DNA from: Tubulanus polymorphus
Taxonomy: Eukaryota; Animalia; Nemertea
DNA: 64,000 nucleotides
Assembly (NCBI RefSeq): GCF_964204645.1
Contig: NC_134025.1
Coordinates: 29,554,299-29,618,298 of the forward strand
Direction: 5' to 3'
Positions 39,201-51,995 of the stretch are shown piece after piece. The position numbers and the translations under genes are program-made. Positions within the stretch are counted from its first letter, which is position 1. Each line of letters opens with the position of its first letter. The notes under the pieces were generated by a model. That model made no database searches and was not told the origin of the DNA. It worked only from the letters and a program-made list of their open reading frames with translations.

Positions 39201-40344
39201 TAAATTCTGACGGATTTTTTTTTAAAAAGCTTGTCTGTATGCCACACATGCGCCGGGACAGATGTTCCATGCGTTTGTTGCTTGCAATGAATTTGTCAAA
39301 ATGTCTTCTAATTGAATAAATCCGGTGATATAATAAAACGCATAATACAAGAAGGAGTTAAAAGGGCTATAAATGTATAAATCAGGAAAGATGTGAACGG
39401 TAAAGGCAAACAAGCTACCAGAAAGAACTAACTATCTCAATGCTTTGCATTCTTCAGACTACCGTCCCCTGTTCTTTATATGCATCTAAGGCAACCGGTT
39501 CATTTCAGTCTTGAAGGTCAAGGTCGCGTGATTTCACCTCGCGCGTCATATAGACCGTATTTAGCATTTGACAGAAAATTTCAAATGACAATTAGAAAGA
39601 AGGGGGTATTTGATCTTATTTTCTCAAACATTTCTTGCACCTTTTCAACGAATTTATAGCGACGAACTTATTTGACTCAAACACCATATAAGTTTTTACG
39701 ATGAATTTATTTCGCAACTTCTGTAGAATTTAACGGCTTCGAACGAGTCGAATATAGAGGAGTCGATTGTAAAATCATCATCGACGCTCGAGGCCTTTTC
39801 GTGGGACGTGGTTTATATTCGGATGCGAAGCAATTTCACGGGATTAGAATAATCCGTCGAAGCCAAATTAAAGGCCGCCTGTAACGACTGCGGATCGTCG
39901 CATCTGCTTTAGTAACGGTGAAACCAGTGACTCTATTCCACTGACGTGAGACTAATTTGAAAGCGTTCGGGTTCGTTAGTTGTCTAATTGGATGGGTCGG
40001 TGAGGATACGTACTCGGTGGTACGCCACGCGGCTAAGCACCTGGGATTCCGGTAGAAACACTTCACCCATTCGGAAATGTTGACTAGGATTACAGACCTC
40101 TGCAAAATTGGATGCGTTATCGCAGTAGAGTATTGGACAATAGGTGTGCGGTCACGAGCCGGAAATACAGCAGCGACGGAAAGTGAATAGTGATGAACGA
40201 TCATCTTTCGAGATGTGATTGTAATCAGTGACGCGATATGAAAAAATTAGGAATATTTGATGCCTTAAGCCAGATAACCCTTCAAAATAAATTCACTTCT
40301 TCAGAATGCGCCTTAGTTTTTTAGATGTTCGATTAACAGCATCG

Positions 40345-40428
40345 AGTTCCACAGTTGTGAGTTATTAGGGTTTAGCGTTTATTTAGAATAGGATCATTTT
40401 GAATGAGTTGAATCTTAACTGTGGAACT
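40345..40428. mobile_element. Short MITE-like element with 12-bp terminal inverted repeats
   Basis: AGTTCCACAGTT (40345-40356) and AACTGTGGAACT (40417-40428); a similar diverged copy lies in reverse orientation at about 3395-3465. Confidence 0.55.
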
Positions 40429-43400
40429 GGAGTCCCGTTTTTCTAATAGTGGGACCCATGGATGGAGTTTTTCTATACGCATGAAATCAGTCAGCTCGTA
40501 CGGGAGGCACATCTGAAAGCATTGAATAGAAAGACAAACATCCCAACGCTATATATGAGAATAGAAGCCGTATCCAAACTATACAAAACGTCACCAACTA
40601 TTTGCCGGGACAAAACGGAAAATAATTGCGTTTCCGATGTGCCGTATAATTGGAAAAAAATCTGATTATTCAGACGGTATTTTCGAACCAATTTAAGCGA
40701 AAATATGGCGATTGAAAGTTTTAGCAAGAACAACATTTTCTTAAATACAAACAGCCCGAAGCCGCGACTAGGATTTCGGTGTCTTTTCTTCGCGTCGCCG
40801 ATGGCGATTTTTTCCACCGTATCTCATTCGTTCGACGCGACTCGCACAAAAGGGGAAACAACAGCGTTTCACTGACGTTGGTAACAATTCCCTTGACACA
40901 CAGATGCGCAAAGATGCCTGGCATTACTCGGTCGCCATTGATAAATCACGATCCAAACCGCCTTCGGGGCTTTCTATTATGCATCTTATTTTCCAGGCTT
41001 TTTATGCCGATTAAAACGCGTTAATTGACTCTTCGGGCTTTATGATATATACATAATTATATCATAGGGGTGTTCACAGAAATTCGAATAGAACGATGTA
41101 CAATCATAATAATCAACGATGATTCCTTGCGAACGGAGTTTAAAGATTTAGTTTCAACTACAATTGCTATGGCATTTCCATATGAGATATCTCTGATATT
41201 CGCTTTCTGTCGAATCTCCTATTTGAAGGTCGGGAAATGGTAGACGCTTGAATTATAAACACGTGTACAGAATGTATCGAGATGTTTGGTGTCCCGGAGT
41301 CCCCGGTCTGTACACACTCAAAACTCTTTTATCGACGACATCCCGGCAAGATTGTAACCATGGCGATAAATAGGATGGGTACATCAGTTTGAAGGACCGG
41401 TTGCCGTATCCCGAAACATCAAGGAAAATACACGCAAATGGAGCTTTTAGAACGTCAGCGTTGTGAAGTGTCTTGTGACATCAAAATTCTCAAGCGTTAA
41501 GTAGGAACAGAGGCGAACGCTGGAAGATTATCTGAAACTAGGCAAACTATCTATTCCCATCGATTGCTCTATAATCCCGCTGAAGTAATTCCTACGTAAA
41601 GACTCGAGCTTTTCATTCCGATTCGAACTGACGTATTAACTATTATTGTCGGGTGATTGAATGTAAGGATGTAGGACGGTTTGACTGACGCCGGCCGGTA
41701 GACCCCGAGACTGGTTCCGAGTCGATAGAGCCAACACATTTGCTCTTCTCACAGTACCAGAAACCAATCTATAAATCACCAGCCGACAGAGAGAAATCAG
41801 TGCATTTAGTCACTTTAAATTACCTCAATCTATTATTTAATACGAATAAATTTGTATAGCGAGCTGAGTAGTGCTTAATGACCCACACTGATGGACAGCA
41901 TATTCTAAATTAATTAGTTCATCGTCAATAATTACACAGCAAATAATAGCTTCCTTTCTCTCTACGATCTGAATCGATTTGCAGTAGAAGCTACTGTAGT
42001 TGAGTGAATGCGAGATGAGAGAGAGAGAGAGAGAGTGAGAGTGAGCTGTGCTGCGGGATAGGGTGGAACTATGATTATGCGCTTCATAGAGCGTGTACAC
42101 ATTTCACCAGCCAATCCTCCGAGGGGCATCAAACAAATTACAATTAATTAAGATACAATTCATTACGTTATTATCAAATTATTGTCGTCTGTTTTCTATC
42201 AAATAGTCAATTAGAAAGGTAGAAATTTGGCCAGTTGTGAGGGATGGATGCAGGGATTTAGAATAACGAGGCCCAAAAGTTCATAGGCCTTTGTTAATAA
42301 ATACATAAATGGTACATGTACAGCAATCGTCGAAGGCACGAAGCCTTTAGGAGGCTTGCGATCCCTAAGAAAATACAAAATGGAACATTTTCTGAGCGTC
42401 TGGAGCAATTCAAGAACATAATCACCCGATTGTTTGTACAACCTTCTCATGCCAGGTCGTAAAATGTTATCTTGGCAGAAAAGAGAACCCCTAAATCAGC
42501 ACGTGCGTTATGTATTCATAAATCCATCCAACTTACTCTCAGTGATTGTGTTTGGTAATTTCGCAGACTTATTCAGTTTATATTGTCTTTGCCGATGGCG
42601 TTAATTCTTGTGTTTTGTAATTCGATCAATCGGTGAGTTAGTAATTTTGTGATCAATAACTGTCCTGGTTTAGAAGTCTGGAGAATCGTGATGAACCCGC
42701 GTAAACGCCGGAACCAAAGTTCCCGACCAAATTGAAAAATCTAATCGCGTCGAATCGACCGCGTGCGTAGATACACTCGCGCTATAGACATTTTCTTTAT
42801 GGAATTGTAATTGCTTCTTAATGATGTTCTGGTGTATTTTTGATGGTGGGCCATTTAGATAGTTATACCCGGGGCCCTGAGATCCCGATCGAGGTGCCGA
42901 AGTCACGCGTGTAGACGTGACCAATTTCTGTACAACTCGTCCGAGTTTATTCCGGTAGAAAATGATTAAAGCTGCGCGTCAGTTTGAATGGCGACATATC
43001 CATGAGAAATTACCGTTTCTAAGTTGATTATAAACCCGTCAAACGGCAACCGATGTTCGGACACGTTCCGTTCTTTCTTCACGAAAACTCAGTCGTCGCA
43101 GTTGATGAAAACATGGTCAATTCCTGAGGTGCGAATTGAGAAAGCTTGTCGAGTCGGTGGAAATTATGCAAAGCGCGCGTCCCATCCATCACTGCAGTCA
43201 GCTCGACCTTCCTGCCTCGGATAGAAAAACAATATCGGTAACATTTTGAGGGAGGGTCGGTCTCTTCGTAGAATATCGATTAGGTTAATCTCAGGGGTAA
43301 AATAAGTAAAACTAACGCAGTTTACAGGATAAGCCGACAAGCTTGTCATCGGATTAATCTGACGTATTACAGGAAGACGTTTCTGTGAAGAGTCTTCGCG

Positions 43401-44287
43401 TTTTAAAGCATAAATTTAGTGTGAAAACCGCCATTTTTCTGCATCATTACAACGTCGTTAAAGTATGAAAACTGACCGTACGCAAATTAACCGCTTTTCA
43501 AAAGTTACTGGAAGTTCTTTTATTCGCTTTTGTGAATGGCCGACGCGCGTTTGAAATTTTCGTGAAAGGAAATTATCAATTCTGAAACCGTGATAAATTG
43601 TCTTCGCTCTTGGCCGGCGTTCGTTTTGAAAACACCTTTTTATCATTTGAAGCAGACATTTTCATGATTGAACAGACAGCTATGCATTTCGAGACGAGAA
43701 GGAAACTGAATTCTATTGTGAACTCAGAAGAGCAAACATATCACTGTTCACAACTACTGTATTATTATTGATTGCTGCAATAATGCGATAAAACGAATTT
43801 CAGTATTTTATCGATGCCACAATGCGCCAAACAACAACGAACTATTTCCGTATTTTCCCTTGATTCATTAATCAAAAGATTATCGGAACGCTATTAACAT
43901 AGGCGCTTCTCTTGAACCGCAGGACAGGGTGGTAGTGTCCAGAAATCAGTGCTTACACCACATGTCCAGGAACTATTGCGATATTTCAAATTTATTGAAA
44001 TATTGCATTAGTCAAAGAACAACGAGGGAGCGGTGGCCAGAAACTAGCGTAACACTTTAATCTTATCAAATGAAGTATTCATGACATTATAACATCATGC
44101 GCTAATGACCTCCCGCAAAACAACAGGATGCGAAATGCCATGTCAAATTAACGGGTCTAACGAGTCAACGGGTCTAACTCATAGCAGATTTTTCTTAAAA
44201 AGGCAAATAGCCTCATCTAGCCATCGCTGTGCGCACTAAATTGAGTATAAAACGATACGATATATACGAATTTCATAAAAGGAGTAT

Positions 44288-44400
44288 TTGACTGTAATTG
44301 TAAATTGTATAACCGTAAACTGTTTATTTTTCTATATCCTGTACTCGAAATAAATGTATAATTTCTGGAGCAATAAACTTAGATCTGAATCTGAATCTGA
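44288..44400 (+). mobile_element. Possible 3' tail relic of a CR1/L2-type non-LTR retrotransposon
   Basis: TGTA-rich UTR-like sequence, then AATAAA (44372-44377), then (ATCTGA)3 (44383-44400). No reverse transcriptase coding remnant recognised; the 5' limit is approximate. Confidence 0.35.
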
Positions 44401-47400
44401 AGACAAGACACCCTTTGCCCTTTCTGGAAATACAATGCGGTAGTTTTTCTTCATAAATCATATGTTTTAGCGACACTCATTGACATCCAATTTGGAGATC
44501 AATTTGCAAATTGACTGCTGGAAAATTAGATCTTTTACTTCAATAAAGGAATATCGCCTGATAGGTGCGTTTAGCACATTAGTGACCGTGTTGGGTATCA
44601 CACGCAATAGCTGACAGGATTTGATGAACACGCGAGCCTGTCTGGGGTTACTCGTGTCATTACAATCTACAACACCTGAGAACTCCGATTCAATCTCATC
44701 TGATCTTTGCAATTTCTTAATCGTTTGCTTCTGAAGGTTCGAGTCGTTCAATTAAGACCTATTTACGGTACTTTCCCTACGAATATTGAGGCACCGATGT
44801 TGAAATGTCTAACATGTATTTCAATGAACATTCAACAGCCCTGTTGTGGGATTTGAGAGGGCCTGATGACTGACTCTCTGAATGTGTATCAGCCCCAGAC
44901 CAGGGCTGACTTATTTCAACCATGACTGACTTAAGTCCGAACTCCAACCATCCAAGATCGAGGATTTTGACGTAAATCGGCCAGTGTTGTTGAATCGTGG
45001 ACTGCTGTCGTAAAATCATAGAAATCCCTCTCTAAACTCGTCGACTATCGGTCGGCAAATTAATTAAAAAACATGCAGTCTGAACGATGTGGTGATTTTT
45101 AGGGGAACAATACCTCCCAGTATATCGCTTCAACTTTTGTTATATTCTATCGATGGAAAACTTGATTTGTCGCAATTTATTTCATACCGGTCTTAGTCAC
45201 ATACAAAGATCACTTTTTTTACGAGCGATACTTTGTTTAAAGGAGCTTTGTAGAAGGGTTTCAATTTTGACGGCGATGAATACAAAAACTTGGCCACAAA
45301 CACAGATCCATTTCAACAGCCAGCCTCTCACACGGCTCCATTTCAATGTAAGTAAATAGAGATACGTGATGATGCATTAAGTTATATGACGGTTGGCCCA
45401 CAGTTGACTGAGTAAAGGACCAGCACCCTTTTATACTCTATTCAACCGGCCAGTCGATGGTTTTTGTTACCAGTAATTTGGCCTGGATATCACATGAATC
45501 TTAATTTGTCGCCGATCCCAATTAAATTTGTCGGCCATGCACAGATAAGATGTTGATTTTTTAACGCGACGCTTTCCCATCTGTCTGAATTTTATACCGA
45601 ATTCGCGAATTTGATGATGATTTCTAGAAATTGAGAAACACCCGTTGGCCCAAGGAAGAACGTTCTGAAGTAGCTTAATATTATCAGCTCCTAACTTGTG
45701 ATAAAGAATTCTACCCTACGTTAATGTGTGTTAAGTGTCCGAGTACATAACCCCGCGTAGGCGATATACAGTGCAATAAAAGACATATAAAACACTAGTG
45801 ATTTTATGAAAATCCAAATTTGGGAGAGTCCCACACAGATTCCTGCGATGGGAATCGACTTAAGCTCGATGTATATTTTCATTTAAGGTCCTTTGAGAGG
45901 TATATAATGTCTTTCACACGTGCGACTCTGTCTATTCTATTCCGGAGATGTCTTCTCTATTGTCGCCGCCAACGTTGTTAGTTTTTAATTTTCTTAATTT
46001 ATTTTCCTATTGAAATCGGGAAGAACCTCATCGACGTAGCGCGACGGGAATTTGTTTATTTTGTAATTTAGCGCGACGAAAGGCCTGTTATTGACGTATA
46101 GAAAATCAACGCCTTATTGACTGAGTTGGGATTATTTGTTACATCAGCGGACATTCTGAACGTAGAGGAAAATCATTGTTTATAAACCAAAAATATCCGG
46201 AAGGGGAATGAGTGGGCCATTGTCGCATTTATTAGTTTCACGCGTTGACCGGTGACATAATGACCCTTGATGTCACCTGCACTTAGTCCTAACAGCTGGC
46301 TATAAGTATGAATTTGTGCTTTTTCCAAATAAATCCATCGCCTTCGATGGAATGAAAGTATTTACACAGAAAGCAATGATCCAAAGGTATAACAATATGT
46401 TTATTATTTCAGTAGGAGAGGGTTGGAATTCGAAGGGGAAAATGATACCAGACGTTTGTTGGAGCCGCCCGGTTTTTTGTCCATATCTTTTTTTCAATTC
46501 ATTTACAAGACTTTTGTACATAATGAACGATTTAAAACGTTTCGCCTAAGCCATGTGTGCAAAACTAACAAATGTTGGCACATTTTAGTTGAAACGTCGA
46601 AATACAAAAACTGACCCGGCCGAATGCTGAGCAGGTGATGGTTTGCGGGAGCAATTTTAGGAGTAATTTTCAGATTAGACAGAAAATTAAGTTCTTTGTT
46701 CCGCGGTGATCAATGCAGCCTCAACAATCAACCGTAACATCCGAGTCTTCCACTCGACTGGTCGCCCGTCTCTATCGATTTAGAAAGCTAAATCGTCGGT
46801 TGTTTGGTCTTGTTTATCAAATTCGCGAATATCAGTTTCATTATCGGTCGAGATCGCGGTGTATTTAATCTTTTACATTTGACTCCTGCCGTTTTATTAT
46901 CGAAGTTCATGAAGTTGTAAACGATACGATGAAGTCAAAGAAACAAGCAACAATGTTCCGTCGCGCCAGAAACATTATCATTATTTCCGGCAGCTTTTAG
47001 TAACTTTCGATTGAGTAAGTATTGGTCTGTCAGTCTATTATAAACGTATATAGCGCTTAAATCTTAATAACTTGTATACCTAAATGAATGAACACAACGC
47101 AGGTTTATCGCAAATTAAGAAGTCACGCAGAATTCGGGAATATTTGAAGATTTTGAGACCACGACGTTTCGCATCCAATGAATGCGATGACCGCGTTTTC
47201 TACTAAAAAGTTCCAACTCCTGTACAGTGTATTAAATGATTTGATTGATAGGAAATCACGGAGAAGCATCGCATGTATTTACCATCTAATAAATATGACC
47301 GTCGTGGCAGTCGCATGCGATGTCGGATGTGGGATCGCTGCCACGAGTGAAAACAATTTCGTGAAAGCGCATTTTCATTCGGCTGTCAGAAACTGCCTTA

Positions 47401-48766
47401 GGTATTGTTTTTGATTTAAACACATACGATTTGTTAAGCGACATTAGTTTTAGAGAGAAAAAAAAACAAAACCCGACGACGGACACGACTGAAGAACGTA
47501 TATTCAATAGTTTATTATCATCGTGTTAAAATAAACCCTATCGGTCACTGTCACGAGAAGGAAAAGACATCCCCATGGCAAAGAATGTTACTATACTCTC
47601 TAGAACAATGGCTACCCATTTCCTTTAAAGCGAGATGGCAGTCTGTGAGCACATTACGGCAGTGTCTAAGCCGATTATAGCTTGGCAAGGAAAAATTACC
47701 ACAGCCGACGAGTACAATTCTCGCCGTCGAAAGCGCCCATCAATACTTCCTTTCTACACCCGAAGCAGACGGTTAAAACAGTGTCTTCGATACCGCAATA
47801 CTTCCTCCTCACTCGAATGATCGATCACACGTTCATATTGCGGCCGAATTAACGACAATTAATGCGTTAAGAAAGGCCGCATCTCGAAAACGAATTAAAA
47901 ATTTGCGATTGGTAAAAGAGTGAACAACAAAAATATATGACGTCTGCAATCGTGTGAGGATTTGAATTGAAATTTCTATTCAGCATCCATATACGTTTGG
48001 GTTCGAATCCGGGTGACATTAACTCAACTTCAAACACATTTAATTACTTTTCTAAATTACATCAGTGTTTTCGCGTACAATGAGAAATAATTATCGGGCT
48101 TTAATGATTGTTAAACGAGTCAGAAAGTGACCAACCGGAAGTGCGTCAACGCCATCATCAGCGTGTTTACAAGTCCGGAAGTCGCAAGTCGGTTCCGCTT
48201 CGATCCGCAAAATATTGAACAACAATTTCTTATTAACAAATAAAGCTGTTTATTCGATGAACTGGGGTCATACATAATCAATACAATATCAAAGTAAACA
48301 AAAACAAATCAAATCAAATAGTGACATCGAGTTCATGTTTCGACGCACATTTTGTTCAATGGGCAGCGAAATAAACATGTTTACATTGTAATCGATCAAG
48401 CTGCGCTTCAATATCCGTATTACAACAAAATCTAAACCGTTTTGCAGTAAAAAAAAAATCATGAGCACTGAATCAACATTTCGATCTCTAAGATCGAGAT
48501 TATATTTTGAAAAAACAATAAATTGATGACGTGGGAAGCGCGTATGGATGACACAACTCACTCGCCAGTGCTGGCTTAAGTATGTTTAAAGCAGTTTTTA
48601 TGAGCGTAGCGAAGATTTACCGATAAATCATGTACTATTCACAACACGAGGACATCGGGAATCTGACCGATTGTTCATATAAGTGCGGGGACGCTTGGAT
48701 AACAACAGTCAAACAACATGGGTCTAACGTTCTACGATAACTACATAGATCAGTACAGTTTCAGAC

Positions 48767-48772
48767 TTTATT
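48767..48772 (-). terminator. Candidate Ehbp1 polyadenylation signal (AATAAA)
   Basis: tttatt on plus strand at the far end of about 1 kb of AT-rich UTR-like sequence after the stop; more proximal copies at 49315, 49644 and 49728. Confidence 0.35.
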
Positions 48773-49737
48773 AAACAAGCACATTTACATTTACGTGAAA
48801 ACACAATATTTCGGAAGCGCTAATATTTACTTTCAACAAATAAAACACCAAAATAATGTAGAAAATTAACTCGAAATAATCAGAGATGTAACTATAGCAA
48901 TCTATTCATAATGTTAATATTTTCGGTAAATTTCCAAGGGAGGTTGAATTAGGGAGAGGGGGATAGCTTTATTGACCGGTAGCGTCAGTGCGGTCTACAA
49001 GTCATTATCATTCATTCCTAAGTGACATTAGCAGCGCTACAGAAAGTGATTAAGTGTCTTTCCGTATTTTATCAGCAAAAAACACATTCATTTCAGTTTC
49101 TCTAATCATTTGCGTCTTACTTCGGCGCTCGATACATGAAAAGCATTTTGACTAGACAATGAATGCAATAAGTAGCATTTATAGTGATATGGGAATCACG
49201 CGTAAGGCAAAAAAGAACGGCATTTTTCACGGGTAATAATGCTGTAATTACGGCCGATCTATAGCGAACTGAAATATCTAACATCAAAAACATCATGAAC
49301 GGAAGAATGAAACATTTATTTCATGAATAAATAACGTAACGTGAAAAATATATACACCATCACTCAGTAAACACCTGTATCGTCATATCACAAGTTTCAA
49401 ATAAACCATCGTCTTAATATGAAGAAGAAAAGGAACATTAATCGGGATGTGAATGCAGCATGCTCCGAGTCGTCGTACAGTGCTTATCGTGTAAGTTCTC
49501 GGCTATAGAAAAAGCAACAAGCCCTGGTCTACCAGCATGCACCATCTTTAAGTTACAAAATTCAAAAAAAGTTTGTCGAATATCTAAACAAACATTCCTC
49601 ATCCGATATCACTAGTAACATCATCATTATTCTCGAGAGCAAGTTTATTTTTGCACCATTGATAATTTCAGGATGGCCCAAATTTATACCATCTATTGCA
49701 CTATTTTTTACAAACGATTCTCACTTTTTTATTCAGC

Positions 49738-49819
49738 CTACTGCACGCTACACGATTTATCTTGACGAAGTTTCATATTGGCAGACACCTCGCGTTCCAT
49801 AACTTCATCCTCTTCGATC
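49738..49819 (-). CDS. Ehbp1: Ehbp1 last coding exon with CaaX prenylation box
   Basis: tttattttcag|G ATC GAA GAG encodes IEEDEVMEREVSANMKLRQDKSCSVQ*. Phase 2 matches the previous exon; C-terminal CSVQ is a CaaX motif as in EHBP1 (CVLQ). Confidence 0.92.
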
Positions 49820-51891
49820 CTGAAAATAAACGCAAATAGACGATTGTTATTTTTCAAAAGTAAAAGTTGAAGACGAAATGAATCCTTGGCAACTAAAAAC
49901 TGTCCCCACTCGACGCGGGCTTCATGCTGAGATACAATCTAAAAAACCTACACGAATTCGTGCTATACCTATAGTGATCTAACCACAAAAGAGCATTTAA
50001 GTTTCAACCTAGACAATTATGTGACTACGTCTTTTCAAGTCGAAATTACACTTGATTCAATTGAAACTATTTTATTGATGTGAAGATCCTGCAGTTTTGA
50101 GCCTATTTTCTCATAACTTCAAGAGGTGCCGTATAAAAGTCGCCCAGAGAGTTATTTATGCAAGAATACACGGTCGATTTACTAAATATCACGCAGTAAA
50201 GAGACTGAACCAGTGGGGGAGCTTTAGGGCACTTTTATTGGATATATCTAATAGATTGATCAAGACCTCTCAACCCTCGGGGCTCACTTCATACACCCAT
50301 ACAACACAGTCTTATTTTCGAGCAAGTAGACTTTTATTAGCGGTAGGTCTATAGGATTGAATGTTGCAGTCAAACACCTGGCCACTTCATATAAATATTC
50401 AATCAAAATCAAAATAATTCAAACAGTCCTAATTAGTCATTATTACGAAGAGTCTCGAAGTCAACAAAAGTTCTCAGAAAATGCACAGGTCTCATAAACG
50501 ACACGGAATAGACATAAAATGCACTCACACAAATCGTAATAGATTTTATTGCAACCGATAATTGATGATCATTGTGAAAGAGTAGAGTATATGAAAACCC
50601 GGTCGTATAATCTCATAAACTACAAGTGTGGGAAATGCAAAAACGTATTCGATTTTAACACCCGAATGACACGACCGTACAATAGACAGTTGTAAGTGTA
50701 AAGCCTGCCCTGCAGTTGTAGAAAAACAAACGTACACTAGTTTTCACTGTATGAAAATATGATTTATCGAAGAAGGTGTTGAAAGGGATTCCTACACGGT
50801 GAATTAAAGCCGAACAAGAATCTGAAGACTAGTTTTACTGTCACCGAAGAGCCTAATCCCGCTAATGGCTTGTATCGGGCTTTCTATCTTCGGCATATAA
50901 ACTTCGTGAAAACAGTTTGAATGCTAGATAAAAACTCTATTATATAGAGACCCATCCGACAATATTTCAGTGCTAGGGGCGATCTATAGACCATCAACAT
51001 CAAAGACCAATCGCGAACAACGCTTATTAACGACCATGCATAATAGATATAGCCCTCTTAAATAGCGACAAATAATGTCGTCTGATAAAAGATTGACACC
51101 GCAAGAAAACCATGAGAAAATCATTACATCATTGAATTCTTACGAAATTGCGAGAGGAAGTTCAGAACGTCGCAGATATCAAATAGAAAACGTCGCTTCG
51201 ATTCTAGATCAGTCGAAGCGTTAAATAACGTTCGTTATTCGTTTGAATTTATAGCGATTTAAAATGAAAATCGTCGTTAATTAATTCGCACCCGACACGA
51301 CGAGACCCGACCGGTATTACGGATATGTTAACTGTGTCAGATTTCTCTTAATGCTTTCCGGTCTTTCCTTTACCTCAATGAAACCACTCAAATACCCAGT
51401 CACTCGTGTGTATTAGATATTTTCCTAAGCATTTTTACACAGGTATTCCATTAGAAGTTCGAATCCTGCAAAAATGTCGACACTTCCCATGACGAGTTGG
51501 TCTCGTTTATTAATTTCACAATAATTTCGTGCATTATTGAAGATGAAGAGTTGAACACATCAATTATTATAGCGTCAACAGCTCGCTCTCTCTCCGATAC
51601 AGTTAAACACAATGTTACATTTTACAGACTCGTGCTTTTAATGTATAATCGACAGAGTCTCCGGAGACTGTAAAAACAACGACACTCGACTGAAAGCAGT
51701 GAGAATCGGAAGACAAAAACTAAGTAAATAAATCAAACAAGAAATAGCTTTTCCAAACGACCTGTTCTCAAACGGAAAACTGTTTATGGGGCCGCAGTTG
51801 ATTCCGATAAAGGTCAGAACTCGGAACGATCAATTCAATGAAAATTTATTTCGTGCGAATGCGTCAAACGCTGAAAGATCGAGATCGAAGA

Positions 51892-51995
51892 CCGAACTGC
51901 GGAGTTGGGCCATTAGCCCGAACTGCGGAGTTGGGCCATTAGCCCGAACTGCGGAGTCGGGCCATTAGCCCGAACTGCGGAGTCGGGCCATTAGC
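51892..51995. repeat. 4 x 26-bp tandem repeat
   Basis: CCGAACTGCGGAGT(T/C)GGGCCATTAGC starting at 51892, 51918, 51944 and 51970. Confidence 0.95.

Noticed and set aside
48000-48010. tRNA gene suggested by T-loop/B-box GGTTCGAATCC (also GTTCGAATCC near 51457)
   Set aside because: No A-box, acceptor stem or anticodon arm can be built.
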